Shown here: positions 1 through 13,787 of the stretch, piece after piece | Numbering within the stretch: the stretch's first letter is position 1 | Layout of the letters: every line of letters starts with the position of its first letter | Assembly (NCBI GenBank): GCA_973895155.1 | Contig: OZ316891.1 | Span: 2,409,324-2,473,323, forward strand | Source: Marsupella aquatica | Taxonomy: Eukaryota > Plantae > Marchantiophyta | Direction of reading: 5' to 3' | DNA: 64,000 nucleotides | Notes under the pieces: generated by a model | The model's input: the letters and a program-made list of their open reading frames with translations, nothing else | The model's database searches: none | Told to the model about the DNA's origin: nothing | Program-made: the position numbers and the translations under genes

Positions 1-634
1 AACACAAAATATTGCGCTCAAGGTTCACGACATGTGTTTCCAAAAAGCAGTGAAGAAAACATATAACCATGGAAATGGAATTTTGAGGCCTTCTCTGGGC
101 AACCTTTCATTTTATTTGCTCTTCAATATGTAGTCCAAATGTGTGATTCCCAGGTTTAGATTACGAGAGTCTTTGGGGAGATTGGTTCAATTGGTACGAA
201 GGTTCCAATCACCATCGTGCCAGCAGGATACATTTGAGTTATGATTTTCCATCGGTTAAAAATCTTGCTCGTCGTTTCGAAAATTAGAGCTGGTATTGTT
301 AAAAGGACAAATATCCCACGGAAGATGTCTACAGCCACAGCTGATCTCCTTGAAATTGCAAATAAGTCCTTGAAAAATATGGTATATCCCATGACGTATA
401 CTAGCACGCTTGAATTTGGTCCACTAGGTGCTTGATTTCATTACACTACAGGGAAAGGGATGCGTTAAAAAAGCCCATACCAGGTCTGGAGTCCGCCCCA
501 CGAGGCACATATCACTGTGTACCAGCAGTCAGTACTTTACAAGTGGAAGCTCTATATCATATAGTACAGATCTGTCCAAGGAGAGGCAGTTGATCCGAAG
601 CTAATTTGGTGGCAAAACTTTACTCCAGACACTG

Positions 635-3600
635 CTACCTGAGACCTGGCTCGGTGTACGAGTCTTCCAAGGAGCCAGAGTGCAATGGAGCGACGGAGGA
701 CGAGTCAAAAACATAACTTGTCGAAGGACTATGCGTCCTGGATCTCGCTAACGAGAACCCCCCGAAAGAGTCCGAGTCACTCTCGGTGGCGACCGTTGAG
801 TCGTGCGTTTCCATGCTAATGATTTCTGTGAGCTCGAGCACAACCTCACTCATCGTAGGGCGGAATTTACCATATGGTTCCACGCTTCTGAGTGCGAGCT
901 CTGCTAGTTTCCAAAGCGTCTCCATTTGAAAGTTGAATCCCATGGCAGGGTCCACCATGCTTTGGACATCACCTTTTTGCAGAAGGGTCCGTGCCTACAG
1001 TTCAAAACAGGACGTAGACTTTAGCTCCTTTGATTGTGCACCTATTAAATTCCATGATTGGAGAATGTTTGAATGAAAAACAGCTCATTTTCTTCACGAG
1101 TTAGAATCAAAGACCAATTCGTTTTCTTGGTGGTCTTCAAGAGTCACGATTCTAGAACAAGTCTTTCCTTTCGTGCTCTTGAAGAGTCAGAAATTTAGAA
1201 CAGCTTCCTGTCCTGATGCTTTTCAAGACTCGGAATTTTAGACAGCTCAATCTTTCCTCAAAAGTCACAACTTTAGCCCTTGCACAAGAGCAAAGCAGAT
1301 ATTCAGGTCATCTGGTTCTTATCCTTGTCACATGACCCACAAGTTAAATCAGTAATACCAAGGGCGGGTAGACAACATACCCAAGTCACAAGGTTCGTAT
1401 CGAAATCTCCGCGCGGGCCAGAAAATATGGGCTCTCGTCCAGATATAATCTCTAAAAGAACCACCCCAAAACTGAAGACATCACTCTTCGTAGTCAGCTG
1501 CTGCGAGACATAGTACCTGCACAATGATGTAAACGTAAATTCTATTAATGAAGAATATTCAATTAAGTCTTTTAAGCTTTTATCTGACAAACATTTAGCC
1601 CCAATCAAGGATTTTTACAGTCTCAACGACAAGGTATCAACACTAGGTGACAGGTTCCAAAGGGGCAAGACGGTACTCTGGATCAAGATATCCAACGGTC
1701 CCCCTCACGTTGGTTGAAACAGCCGAGATACCCTCGGTGGTGAGTTTGGAGAGCCCGAAATCAGCAATCTTTCCGGCCCACTTTTCAGTTATTAATATAT
1801 TGCTGCTTTTTACATCTCTGTGGATTATACTTGGATTGCATCCTGTGTGTAAATACTCCAATCCTGAGAAAATCAACGACGATAACTTCATGAGATTCAT
1901 GATGGGACTAGAGTAGGTAAGTCCACAGGTCTGAACTTTGGACTTCAAGACCCTTTCAAGACGGCTCCTCCTTCATAGCCTTCCAAATAGACTACGACAG
2001 AGTCTACTCCAAGAGTGTTATGAGAGAAAGTCGAACTTAACATAGAATGAGACGGTTATCTCCCTGGACCCTTTATTTTCTCGCTAAAACAATTCCTTTT
2101 AGAGAAAATGAAGAGCGTCCTGACAAAAGGTAGAAGCTTTGTTACCCTTGGCTGCATCAAGAACAATACTGAGCCTGGCAAGCCAATCTATTGGCTCATC
2201 GTCAACAAGTGGTCCTACACAAGAATTTAGATTGCAAGTCAGCAAACGTCGGCGTACATTGCATGTAGATATAACATTGCCAACTGAAATGGAAGTGTAA
2301 GGGAGCTCCCCTCATTCTAATCTTCCTCGTTATTCTAACGCGATGACTAAAAAATGTGAACCTATAGCATCAAGGTTTGACTGGTCACCATGTAAATGAT
2401 CTCGCAAAGTTCCCTTGTGCATATACTCATAGACAAGCATACTCTCTTTAATGTCAGAGCAGTAGCCAATAAGAGCTACAAGGTTTCGGTGATGTACTCT
2501 CGAGAGGAGGTTCACCTACAAAAAACCACGCTGTCAATCCAATTTCATGTCCATCCGTACTCGTGACAGTGATGATTTCTCAGACATAGTCGGAGCATCA
2601 ACATCAAAATGAGATACCCCCTAAACGACTAGAATTAGATTAAAAATCTGGATTGGGTGTAGATGGTAAGGAGCTGCGGATATTCTGTTCACCTCGTTGA
2701 AGAACTCTCTTGCTCCCTGGTTAGAAGCGGCTGATAGAACCTTCACTGCAACCTCCTGATCATCTTCTTTTATCTTGCCATAATAAACAGGCCCGAACCC
2801 ACCACTTCCGATTATTGTCGAGAAGTTGTCAGTAGCTGCCACCAGCTCTGGTAGATGGAAGAGACGTGCCCCATCAAGCGGTGAAGGATGCTCCTCCTCA
2901 TTCGTGTATCCAAAGTCTACAGCGTTAGTCTCCTGGAACGGAAATCCTGCACAGTAAGAAGCCAGGCAAGAGATCACTTTAAAACCCAATTGGCACCATC
3001 TCCACAACCCTCCTGAGCTGTTTTTCATATAGATCCTTGTAAGTACTACTCGACAAGTTCCAATTCCAAAAAATATTGAAGTTAGCTAGGTGATTTCAAT
3101 TTCATAAAAACTTGAAACAAAAGACAGTGAATTATGAAACTAGAACGGTTACCACGAAAGAAATCTACAATGTTTCGATGACAGACAACAACATTGCAAC
3201 CAGATGTAGAGAAGAACTTCCAAGTTGAATCTTCTAGCAGTAAGATCTACACAATTAAGACTGCATGGAAGTCATCGAGGAAAGTTTTAAATCATGCGTA
3301 CTAGATCCTTCCAGGGGGTCTCTCTGAATCTTTTTCAAGTTCTTGTTGCGTCTCCAGAGGACCATGGCTACTACGAATGCTGACAGTAATGAGATGAAAA
3401 CAGCTCCTCCGACACTTCCTCCCACCACGGCAGCAATGTTGATGGTGGACTTAGAAGAGCCCCCACATGTACTACTTGCACACAGATATGGATTTCCAGA
3501 TGCACTGCAGAAGCATGTATCAGATGAATAATTGAGTTAGCTGATGCTGGAGAGTAAATTCACTATTAATCCAGCATTCTCAGCCGAGTTTGAGCTGTAG

Positions 3601-6600
3601 AAGAATGATGCACACCACAAATATGAAACTCAGTCGAAAGCTTTCATCATATTCTAGGACTTAATGTTCAATTCATGAATGCTCCTTGCATGTTGCAAAA
3701 TTTTGCATCTGCTCTGATGCTCAAGAATACAAACGACAAACGGCACAGGCAGGTGAACATGGAGGTAAACGCAGCATACTTTAAAAGAAGACCTCCTTTG
3801 TTTAGAAGACTCGATGGCACTGTCCCCGTGAGGTTGTTGTTAGACACAAATCTGTCCCATCCAAAACACAGATCGTCAGAGACCCGTCCCCCTCCCTAAG
3901 ACCTTTCGACAGAACCTTGCAAAGTGGAAGACTTCATAGAATTACTTACCGAGAGAACTTACATGAGAAAAGAAACCCCTGGATATTACTTGCATGGAGA
4001 TAGAAATTTCGTCTAAGAGTTTGAACTTACACTTCGGTTAGCTGGTCAAGCTTCCCTAAAGAGCTTGGGAATGCCCCGCTAAGTTGGTTGTTCTGCAGAT
4101 GTCTGTAGTGATACAAGCCAAAGTATGTGAGAATAACGAATCGACCAAACGATGTCTGCTAGAATACACAGAAATTTGCCTAAGTGAATCGAATTATCTG
4201 CATTAACTTGTAACTCATATCTTCTTGGGCTCAGAGGAGAATATTGAAAGGCTATGGAACCGCTTACAAAGTTTGTAATGCAGTCAATTGGGACAGATCC
4301 GGAATGTTCCCAGTTAGCTGATTGTTGTCAAGCCACCTAGCATAGGCATCAGTATGCAGGTCAATAGGAAGGAAAAGAATCTCCATCTGTGAATGGACAC
4401 TACCGAGCCCACTGGTCCTCATTCGATGAATACATAGAACAAATTTGGATGCTTCATGGACTGATTCTTCTTCCCTAAATATAAATTTCATAGAAGTTCA
4501 AGAATTTTCTAAATATAGAAGGAAATGATGTCCAGTGCCCGAACGAAGTGCAATCTACGAGGGAACCTGCGTCTTAGAGAGCCAAAGCAAAGTCTTACAA
4601 GTTGATCAAGCTTGTCATTTGTCCAATGGCTCCGGGGATGCTGCCAGTTAAATTTCTTCCCGAGAGATTTCTGATGTCCAAAACAGAACAAGATTTTCAT
4701 GAACTCAGTTTTGCAGAAAGGATCTTCATATCAAACGGATACCACCAATCGAAAGTCTGCCAGATTTAAAAGGGAAAAACTACTGATTGGCTCGCCTAAT
4801 TGAACACATAAATTGTACGTCATTTTCTTCACCGCTCCAAGGAAATTGCGAGTCCATGCAAAATATTTTCGGAAATCCATGTTCATCTGTTATAGCCATT
4901 CCGTAACTTCTTGCTCCAGCAAGGACCCAAAACATTCATTAAGACGGTCCTAAATTCTGCATTTTGTGACGGTTGGGGTGCACCACGGCCTTGACTCCTC
5001 TTTCATGTCATTCATTTGTCTTTCATTTGTCTTTCATTTGCCTTCCATACTTCGCTAATTGCAGAGAAGCATACAAAAACCGTTTGTATTTTCTCTCAAA
5101 TTTATGGATTCTACAGTCCCCATATGAGAAAAGACCGAATTACATTTCTGTGACTCTCGGTGGCGAATCTGAGCTGCAGGTGAGGAAATTCCAGGGAGCT
5201 GGTAAGCACGGGTCGCCAGGAGTTTCTACTGCTGGAAGTTGCAGAGTGAATGTGGAAAGAGCGTCAACTGCAAGAAGGACCACGAAGAAATAGCGTAAAT
5301 CGTGGTTGCAGCACAATGTTGCCAATCACGCAAATTAGTGAATCGTGGTTGCAGCACAATGTGGCCAATCACGCAAATCAAAAGATAGAAAAATAATTTT
5401 CAGCAAGCTTGAAAAGTATTCGCTCACCATCTCCGGAATACGTCCCAGGGACTTTGGGCAAAATTTGATATACCTCCAAAGCGTTCAGGAGAGGATTCAA
5501 AGTCGAGACATTAGTTTTAACGAGACTAAACTCTACAATAGCTGGGAGGGAGGCGTTGTTAAATCCAGGCTCGAAGGCTGTGAAGACACCCGCGTCTCTT
5601 GCAAGGTTGAGGGGCAATCCATTGAACAAAGTATTGTTGATGTTAATAGTGAAGCTGAATTCCCGGATATCAGCTGATCCAAGGTTTTGTATCTCCGCAA
5701 AGTAAAGGGTGGCGTAGCAAAACGCCGGGAAAGAGCTCGGCAGATTGAGTCGGTAGGAGAGGGAACCTTGTCCCCCTACAGCGGCTGTCTGCATTACTTT
5801 TAGCGGAGGAACGTCACCAACCTTGTTCACAACAACATTCTGACTAGTGCTGATGCTGCCTGTTCCGGGTGCTTGTCCCTGAAGAGCCGAAACCTGGTCT
5901 GAGACCCAAATCCGATCCACTGGGTCGGCTGGGAATCTGCAGGTGAAGCAGCAATCAAAATGCTCAGCTCATTATTATCAGTTGATTGGTCAAAACTAAA
6001 GCCACGAAGAGTGGAGACGTCATTCTTCATTTCCTGCAAGTGACCTGTAACTTCATCCACACCAAGAGGCCCCTTGGACATTGACGAACTTGCTGTATGC
6101 AACATAGCAGTGCTCGATTGAAGAAACGGGATGGGGTATCAAATACCCAACTAGTATATTGGCTAAATTCAAACTTGTCCACTCATTACTCATTCAATTT
6201 GTCATTCGCATTGCACTGAAGAGCTTTACTGGCCAATATATCAAAAGACATTAAACGAAAAAGCTAGGGGAGGGAGAAAAACTCCGAACAGAACAACCAA
6301 AATTTTAAAAACAGATATTTCTCATAACAATAGGACCAATTGAAAGGAATTCTCACCGTACAGAGTCTGTCGAGGGGGCACCGAAATTTATCCTGGCTAT
6401 ACTTGTCAAAAAATTCGTTTTTATGTAAGGGAGCGAATACATTGCTCCAATAAGAGGTCTCAACTCCAAGGTTGAGATGAAGGGCGAGCCAGTTGACCCC
6501 GCTACGAGACACACTACAAACCCATTGCCGCTAGTCGCGACGGCAATGAACTCGTTGAAATATGGATACGTTGCATTGATAATTGACACTGTAGCCCAAG

Positions 6601-7271
6601 GACTGGCGTCAACCGAGATGGAGAAAGTGGGGTAAGCACTTGCGCTATCATAATTCCCGTACAAAAACGTTGCACGCACCAAATAGCGACTGCTGACATT
6701 TGCTGGGCCGATGTTGAAGCAATACTTTCCATTCCCGTTTTCATTAGTAGTTGGAAAGTATCTCAAGGTCTGGAGAGGCACACTGCCGGTCACAGATGAA
6801 CTGAGTTTTGCTACTAATCCACCATTTGTGTAGTTTGCATCTGGTACCCACACAATCCCTGTGATTGGATCCGTATACGTGGACACCGCTCCGCAATCTA
6901 TGCTCACAAAGCCCCCTGCAGACAATTAAATTGTATCAAATTCTGCGAGCCAGGGTCGCAATTCTGAAGGTTGAATTCGATTCAATACAGTCTCATGAGT
7001 ATGTGCTTTGCAAGAAATCTGGAGGTCAGAGAATTTTATATCTTTCAATTAGATTGATTCTAACTGGCACCCGTGAGAGATTAATCTTGATTTCATCATA
7101 ATTTTCAGACTTCTGACCCTGGTATTCAAGAAAGCTAACTCTTTCCCTTCCCCATTGACGTATGCTTAGACCTCCCACCAAGCCAAGGAATGTACCTGGC
7201 TGAGCCTGGACGGTCAGTCCTTGACAGTAAATGAGACACAGACAGAATCCAAGCGCTTGAAATCTCTTCAT
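635..7271 (-). CDS. LRR-I family receptor-like kinase (signal peptide, malectin-like ectodomain, GDPC motif, LRRs, TM, Ser/Thr kinase); At1g67720/At2g37050-like
   Basis: 15 GT-AG exons that keep frame: 7196-7271, 6357-6915, 5428-5936, 5144-5267, 4599-4670, 4268-4336, 4031-4102, 3780-3851, 3302-3504, 2693-2946, 2389-2515, 2146-2214, 1677-1863, 1381-1516, 635-994. Motifs [28 protein letters not shown], 69-72-nt LRR exons, [57 protein letters not shown]. Confidence 0.95.
1133..1277. repeat. Degenerate ~43-bp tandem repeat, 3-4 copies, in the last RLK intron
   Basis: Units tcttcaagagtcacgattctagaaca / tcttgaagagtcagaaatttagaaca / ttttcaagactcggaatttagaca / tcctcaaaagtcacaactttag. Confidence 0.6.
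5298..5379. repeat. ~43-bp tandem duplication in RLK intron 3
   Basis: aatcgtggttgcagcacaatgt(t/g)gccaatcacgcaaat twice, one mismatch. Confidence 0.9.
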
Positions 7272-10102
7272 TTCTCCCAATAACGGTCCTTGGCGACATT
7301 AGTAACACCAGCTTGTCACAACCGAGATGGCGTAAAATCCCATGGCCGAACAGACACCACTCCTCCTGCCCCTTGCTGACCCATAGAGTTCCAGTCCAAA
7401 ATTTAGTTTCTTCCTCTACCAAACTCTTTCTAAAAGGTACTGAATCCTCTGTACGGTTCCTGTCATGTGATTCTGTACAATTCCCTCACGATAACCCTTG
7501 GGCAAAAAGTTGTTATCCTCTCAACGAACCAGAACCCACGGTCAGCTTCCTGTGCAATCATTCATCCGACCATAGTCATCCATTTCACCATTGTCCAGTA
7601 AAGCTGCAGCTTCTGCGTCCGAGTGAAGTCCACCTCCACCTATCCATCGCTATCAAACCATTGCCAACGAAATGAATCCAGACTTCCCCTCTTTGAGATT
7701 CGCTTCTGTTCTTCACCACCTCAATCCCGAAGTCCACCCAGACTTCGATCACTGAATTCTTGTTGTGATTCCATTTTCACTTCTCAAGTGATTACTCCCA
7801 TCTGTTCCTCCTGCTCTTCCCAATTGAAGTCTCGACACTAGTTTCCAGCTCGACAGTCTTCTCTCGTCTCAGTCCACTTCGTCTGCCATCAGTCTTCTCA
7901 GCTCTCTATCAACTTAGCAACCCACTACTGAATCAAATCATCAGAGTCCATCGTCCAAATCAGCTTTGACGCGTTCTTCTTTCCTCTGGCCAGAATCACA
8001 TAGACCAAGACAAAAGATTGCTACAGCTCCTGCTCCTTTTTCTCCAGGCTTCTTTCGTCCGTCAAGAGTTCGAGACCTCCAGAAAGGTACATCGCAGACA
8101 ACGTGACCACTAAGATTTGCCCCGTGTACTTTTCGTCAACCCCTGTGTTTCTCTTTTTCCTTTCTTTTCCCTGAAAAAGAAAGTTTTACAGAGAAATCAA
8201 GGCTCATATTGCAGCGAACAATTCGTGGAGCTGGCTTCGGGTCGGGACATAATCGTTTCGTCAAAATCCAATCCAATGCAATCCAAGCCCGACTCGGTGC
8301 TTCACACAAGTCACATGCCTTTCCAATCTACAATAAAACATTTTTTCCCGGCCAGTGCTTTCCAATACACCTCCAATCCCATCCCATCCCATCCCATCCC
8401 ATCCCACCTCGTGCATCACACAAGTCACATGCAACGCACAGTCGTAAGCACGAGGGAACAGGAGGACCTGGAGGCCCGGTCGTCAGTCCCCAGTCCCCAC
8501 CCACCCTGTCCCTAATAAATAAAGAAAGCAAGGCCGCCGAGACATCTCAGTCTCTCCTGCCGCCGGCCAATCGAGTGACCGTACTCCCACTTTGTACGGC
8601 AGACCGCCCCCCGTGAGGACCGACCCTTCGCCCGATCTAGGCGGTTCACGTAGGGAATCTACGGCCCCAGTAGCCCTCGAAGCCGAGTGAGTGCGGTACA
8701 GTCCACTGGTACGAGCGACCACGGCAGGCCCCCCTGTCCCCGGCAGGGCTCGATTGCCAGTCCGTTCAATTAATTTACCTTTCCCGGTGAGGACTCCCAT
8801 CAGCCGATCACTCCCTCCGGACGGGACTGTCGAGACTGGACTAGACAGTAGAAATGACGTGAAATGGTTCTGACTTCTGAAACGTGGCCCACAGAATCAT
8901 ATTGTAAAGTAATGTCGAATTTGTGGACCTCTCGCATCCCAAACGTTTTGGGTGCAGAAGCTCAGAAGAGATTTTTAGAAACGTGTATTTGAACTAGGAT
9001 AACATGTTGTTTTGAATCAAACTACTTCACTTTCATATAAAAAGGATTTAAGAACTTCTACTTACTTTGGGACCACGGCCATAGAAAAACCCTCCATGCA
9101 GACCCGTTGATTTAAGACCGTGACTTGGGGCCAGCTTGTTTCAGTGTCACTTCAGGTCCAAAGAGTTCTGCTCCAGGTTCAGCTTTGCTATGCACTTGCC
9201 TGTAACACGGGCTCCAAACCTCTCTGGTGGGTCTACATGTGTGATGCACTTGTAACAGTATAGGGATTTATTTATTTTACAAATAGGAAACTGGGTGTCT
9301 TCGCCAGTCAGCAGCTTGCTCAAAGGTCGTTTCCCATAGAATTATTTCTAAAAAATCAGTATTTCAAAGTAGTGTGAGAAAGATCTGATTTGGGACTTGC
9401 ACATGTGAGCAGTTGAGCACGAGCCCCAACTTACATTATTTAAAGGTAAAGTAGATGAGCACGAGCCTCAGCTCAGCTCTACATTACACAAGACTGATCG
9501 TGGAGCCTTTTTCCTTGAATGTACATTTTATGGTGAAACTTAAACCAGAGGGTTGTCCAACATGTAGGAGGCTACGCTGATCCCCTAATCAATGGACCTA
9601 AAGATTGTGCGTTATTCATGGAGCTAGGGTCTCATGATCACAAATTGAAACTGGGAGCCAAATGTTAAATGTAAACGTATTACAAAAAGGAAAAACAAGT
9701 TGGAGCACATCAATAGCCCAAGGTGGGTTGTGAGTGATCACCAAAAAGGATGTCAATCTAACATCCCCTACCAAGAGATACGTGTGGGGGAACCCTCTCC
9801 TCCTCGTGCACAAACATGAGACTGTCTGCTGGACGAGAGTGTGTGATTTTGGTGGGATGCTTCCAGGCTCATGATTCCGTAGCGGTGGGCCATCTTCTCA
9901 TTGGTGCAAGATAATTGTCAAGCTCGTCAATCCCAACAACAATATACCTGAACATATCCCAAGTGGCTACATTTTAAAAGCAGAAAACTGCCTTGAGCAT
10001 CACCTGCCACAAAACTTTTTGCATGGCTGGTCAGCCAGCGAGGTTTGATCCCAACGTTCCACATTTTGCAAGTCGGCCTAGTTAAGAGACAATTTCTAGA
10101 GT

Positions 10103-10161
10103 GAGTGAGCATGTAGATATCGCGAACTGTAGAGTGAGCATGTATATATCGCGTACTGTAG
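10103..10161. repeat. 29-bp tandem repeat, about 2 copies
   Basis: gagtgagcatgta(g/t)atatcgcg(a/t)actgtag twice. Confidence 0.8.
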
Positions 10162-13027
10162 CGACGAATGTATAATGATTCCTTTCCACATCAGTACACC
10201 GATCTCTACTGCAGCTCGTCCATTGTAATCAATTGTAAAAGAACCAATCTGCACGTTGGTCAGGATCGCGATTGTAGCACGGACTTCCCATGCAGTCCTG
10301 TTTGGAAACGACTGACAACGATTATAAATTAAGTGAGAAATTTTGGTCCCAGTAACTATGCAATCCCTCAGATCGAAGAGTGACACATTCAAATGTAGAC
10401 TGCGTTAGCCGAGAGTTCTGCAAGAATGCTGTCATATACTTATTAGTTCCTCGGTCAGTTCTAAAAGTCCGCTGATTGTGTCTTTCCCACACAGCATCTT
10501 GTCACTACAGTAGTTATGGATCTCCTCGGTGTGATCTCGATTCCAGTGGTTCAGATGCCCTGTTTGTTTTTTGTTTCGAACGGTTACTTTTCTTAGTAAA
10601 ATTAAGATAAGGTTCAGGTGTCTTTGTCTTTGATGCTGGAAGTTTCCCATCGACAGTATCGGTAGTATTATAGTCATGTTGTCACATAGATGCTGGCGGC
10701 TATACACTAGTGATCAGGTCCGGTGCGGGCCCCATTATTTTTGTACTGAATTTCCAGGTGTAAAATATCTTGCCTGCCAAGTCGCGTTTCTATGCTCGTT
10801 TTCATCAGGTTGACCTTAGTTGCTGTTGCCTGCCAATCCAATGCATGGGATGTGACTGACCCAGCAAGGCCGTCCAAATGCCACCGCCCACTGAATCTCC
10901 AACTCACTAAGGGCAGTTTTCAATGATAGTACGTAGAGCGAGCATTACTATGTGACAAGACCTTCAATTGTATTTTGAATGAACAAATTTGTCTTGATGG
11001 CCGGGGGATTTGACAATGAGAGGACCGCAGAGCTCTGGAAGCAGCTTTGAAAAGATTTGGAAAACAATGTTCAAGACCTGACAAGGAGTATCCAGAGAAG
11101 GTAAGCTTCAGTACTGTCTTTAATTTTGGAGCTCAGGTCTAGTCCGGCACATTCCACACCTGTAGCTTTCAGGTATGAAAACCGCAAAGGTTCTTCCTTG
11201 CATGCTTGCGTCACAGCGCCTCAACAACTTCCTGCAATTCCCTAGAATTATAAGTGTATAGTTTTCATTGGCAAATCCAATTGCATCTAGCTTACTTCGC
11301 AGGGACGTCAAATGGCCGCCAGCCACTGACCACAAAAGTTTCCCATTCACTTGGGCAGTTTTGAATGATAATAATTCGATTAAAATGTAACGAGACCTGC
11401 GAGTACTGTATTATTCCCGAATGAACAATTTCCTTGACTGGGAGTCGGTCACAACCTACAAACCCATGGAACACAGCAGAACTTGTTTAACTGATATTGC
11501 GATGTGCTGTCATAAGAGGAGTAATGGAGTTCTGTACATTGTACTTTGTTTGGCCCTTTTGGGTAAATGAACGGATTATCCCCGTTGTGCATTGAAATCC
11601 GTTTTCTAGAATTATCCAAAGTCTATACTTCTGGAAATTGAAATTCACAGATCGAGCCACGGCCTTTGCGAGGTTTGGAAAATAATGTTTACAAGAAACG
11701 GCCGGTCAGCCGCCGAATGTTCAAGGTCAGACGAGCAGTATCCATAGCAGGAAAGCTCCAATACTTTACAATGCCTTTTTGAAGTTGAGGTGCGGCGCCT
11801 GCGATCCAGTACTGCAGCTGACGGTATGGCAACCACCAAGGGTCACTTTGCTTGCGTCATGGCATCTTATGTGACTGCTATTAAGATATCGCTTTCGTCG
11901 GCAAATCCAGGATCTGAAGTCTCACCCTCCCTGTACAGTAGGTACCTACATTCGGCATGTCATCCATCGGCCATAAGTGCAACACTCAAATGCTTACGCG
12001 ACATTGCTCGCTAGAATTCCATGGAGACCTGTGGTCGAACGTCGTGGTGCGTTCAATAAGTAGTATTTCTGATCGGGTTTTAAATTCCACGTAGTTTTGC
12101 GTTGTCATGAGAGGAATACCCGCAAAACTTGTGAGCAGGTCTGATCGCTTGAGTATAGCTAGAGAGCGATTGCCTGCTGCACTGGGCCGTGGACGGACAG
12201 CAAGCAATAAGAAATCTCCCCGACCAGACCAGACTCCAATTTTGTTTGTGTACAGTGCGTCATAAATCGTACTCCACTCGAATATGAATGCAATTCCTGT
12301 CAAGGAAGACTCGTCCGAGCTCCTCTAGACCAATTCAACATGAGAACATTCATAGCCTGTTTACTGAGGACCACTTGGAATAATACTCGTTTTGGTGGGC
12401 TTTTGAAGACTCTTGGTTTTAGAAAAAGTAGAATCGAGTTGGACAAAAGGTCGAGAAACTATAGTGAGCGTTCAAATGGAACTACTACAGTAGTTAGCTC
12501 CCAGGATTTGTGGTCCTGAATTCTTTCACTGAATTCCAATAAATTTATTTCAAGCAATTACTACATCCACCATGCAAGAAGTTGATAAACCATTAGAGCG
12601 TGGCATGTTATCCAGGTGGTGTGGCTTTAGTTATTTGTGGTGAATTTAATAGGGGTCCACACTCTGGCCAATGAATTGAATCGGGTGATTAGGTCACAAT
12701 GCTTTAAGTTGAATCTCTTTCAGTGGCTGCCCAAACCAGCATGATTCCATTCCTTGACAAAATGTAAAGCAAAACTTCAACCTGCATTAACTTCAGGAGC
12801 AGTTTTTGGGCCAATTGCAAGTTTAGCACATCTTGTTGTCCTAACCAGAATGTCTTCTATGGGTTTCAACTTTATCTCGACTTGGGCACATGAAGTTAGA
12901 GCTTTCAAACCAGGGCCTTTCTTTTCACAGAGACCTCGTTGATTATTAAAATTGCAGTCTAGCCTCAAAAACATTCTCTCTAAGTGCCCTGTGTTAGGGA
13001 GGAAACTTTCAGCATCAACTACCAAAC

Positions 13028-13134
13028 TTATGCAAAAGTAGGGGTGGGTTGGGTGTGTAGGGATGTGCTGTGTGGGCGATTATGCAAAAGTAGGGGTGGG
13101 GGAGGTTGGGTGTGTGGGGATGTGTTGTGTGGGC
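13028..13134. repeat. ~52-56-bp G-rich tandem duplication
   Basis: ttatgcaaaagtaggggtggg...ttgggtgtgt(a/g)gggatgtg(c/t)tgtgtgggc twice. Confidence 0.85.
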
Positions 13135-13610
13135 CAAGTGCCACACAAATCTACTGCAGATGAAAAGTCATCATGCCACAAGCAAACAAACTGTGAAAAA
13201 TAAGCCCCCGTGAACAATAAGTTTTGCAATGAACCTGAATGAAACACTGCAAATGACAAAAAGTGTGAGAGGGAGACAATCCCACATAAAAGAGACCCAA
13301 TATAGGGTGTATAACATGCATGGTTGACTTGGTATCAATTGTGTGAACCTAGGAAACGAAGCTTATTAAAAGTGACAATTATTCAGCACTAGCCCCTGCC
13401 CTGCACAGTATTGTCAATAGTTGGAACGAGAGAGGACAAAAAAATACCGCACAAAAAAGATTCCTGGCTGTTTCAGTTCACCTTCTCCTCTCTGTGTTTG
13501 CAACCCTGTTTGTGTTTTGTAATTTAGAGTAGAGTCAGGGTCAAGAGGTTTCACTCTAGACTATAGACCTTAAAGACTTTAGACCATAAACCTTAGAAGT
13601 AGTTTCCATT

Positions 13611-13787
13611 CTCCCAGAGAGGCATGGTTGTGTGGTAGCTCACTTGACTAGTGACTCATAGATCTTGGGTTGAAAAGTTGTCTGACTAACTCATAGGTCT
13701 TGGGTTCAAAAGTTGTTTGACTGCTGATCCCTTTCTGTGGGGTTTCACAGATTTACCCTTAAAAAAATTAAAAATTAAAAAAAAAAA
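13611..13787 (+). mobile_element. tRNA-derived SINE-like insertion with A-rich tail
   Basis: A-box-like tggttgtgtggt, B-box-like gggttcaaa in an internally duplicated ~35-bp segment, A-rich tail 13761-13787, imperfect 14-bp TSD aagtagtttccatt (13597-13610) / aagttgcttccatt (13786-13799). Confidence 0.65.

Noticed and set aside
8401-8411. snRNA upstream sequence element ATCCCACCTCG
   Set aside because: It ends an (ATCCC)n microsatellite; no TATA at the expected spacing and no recognisable snRNA follows.
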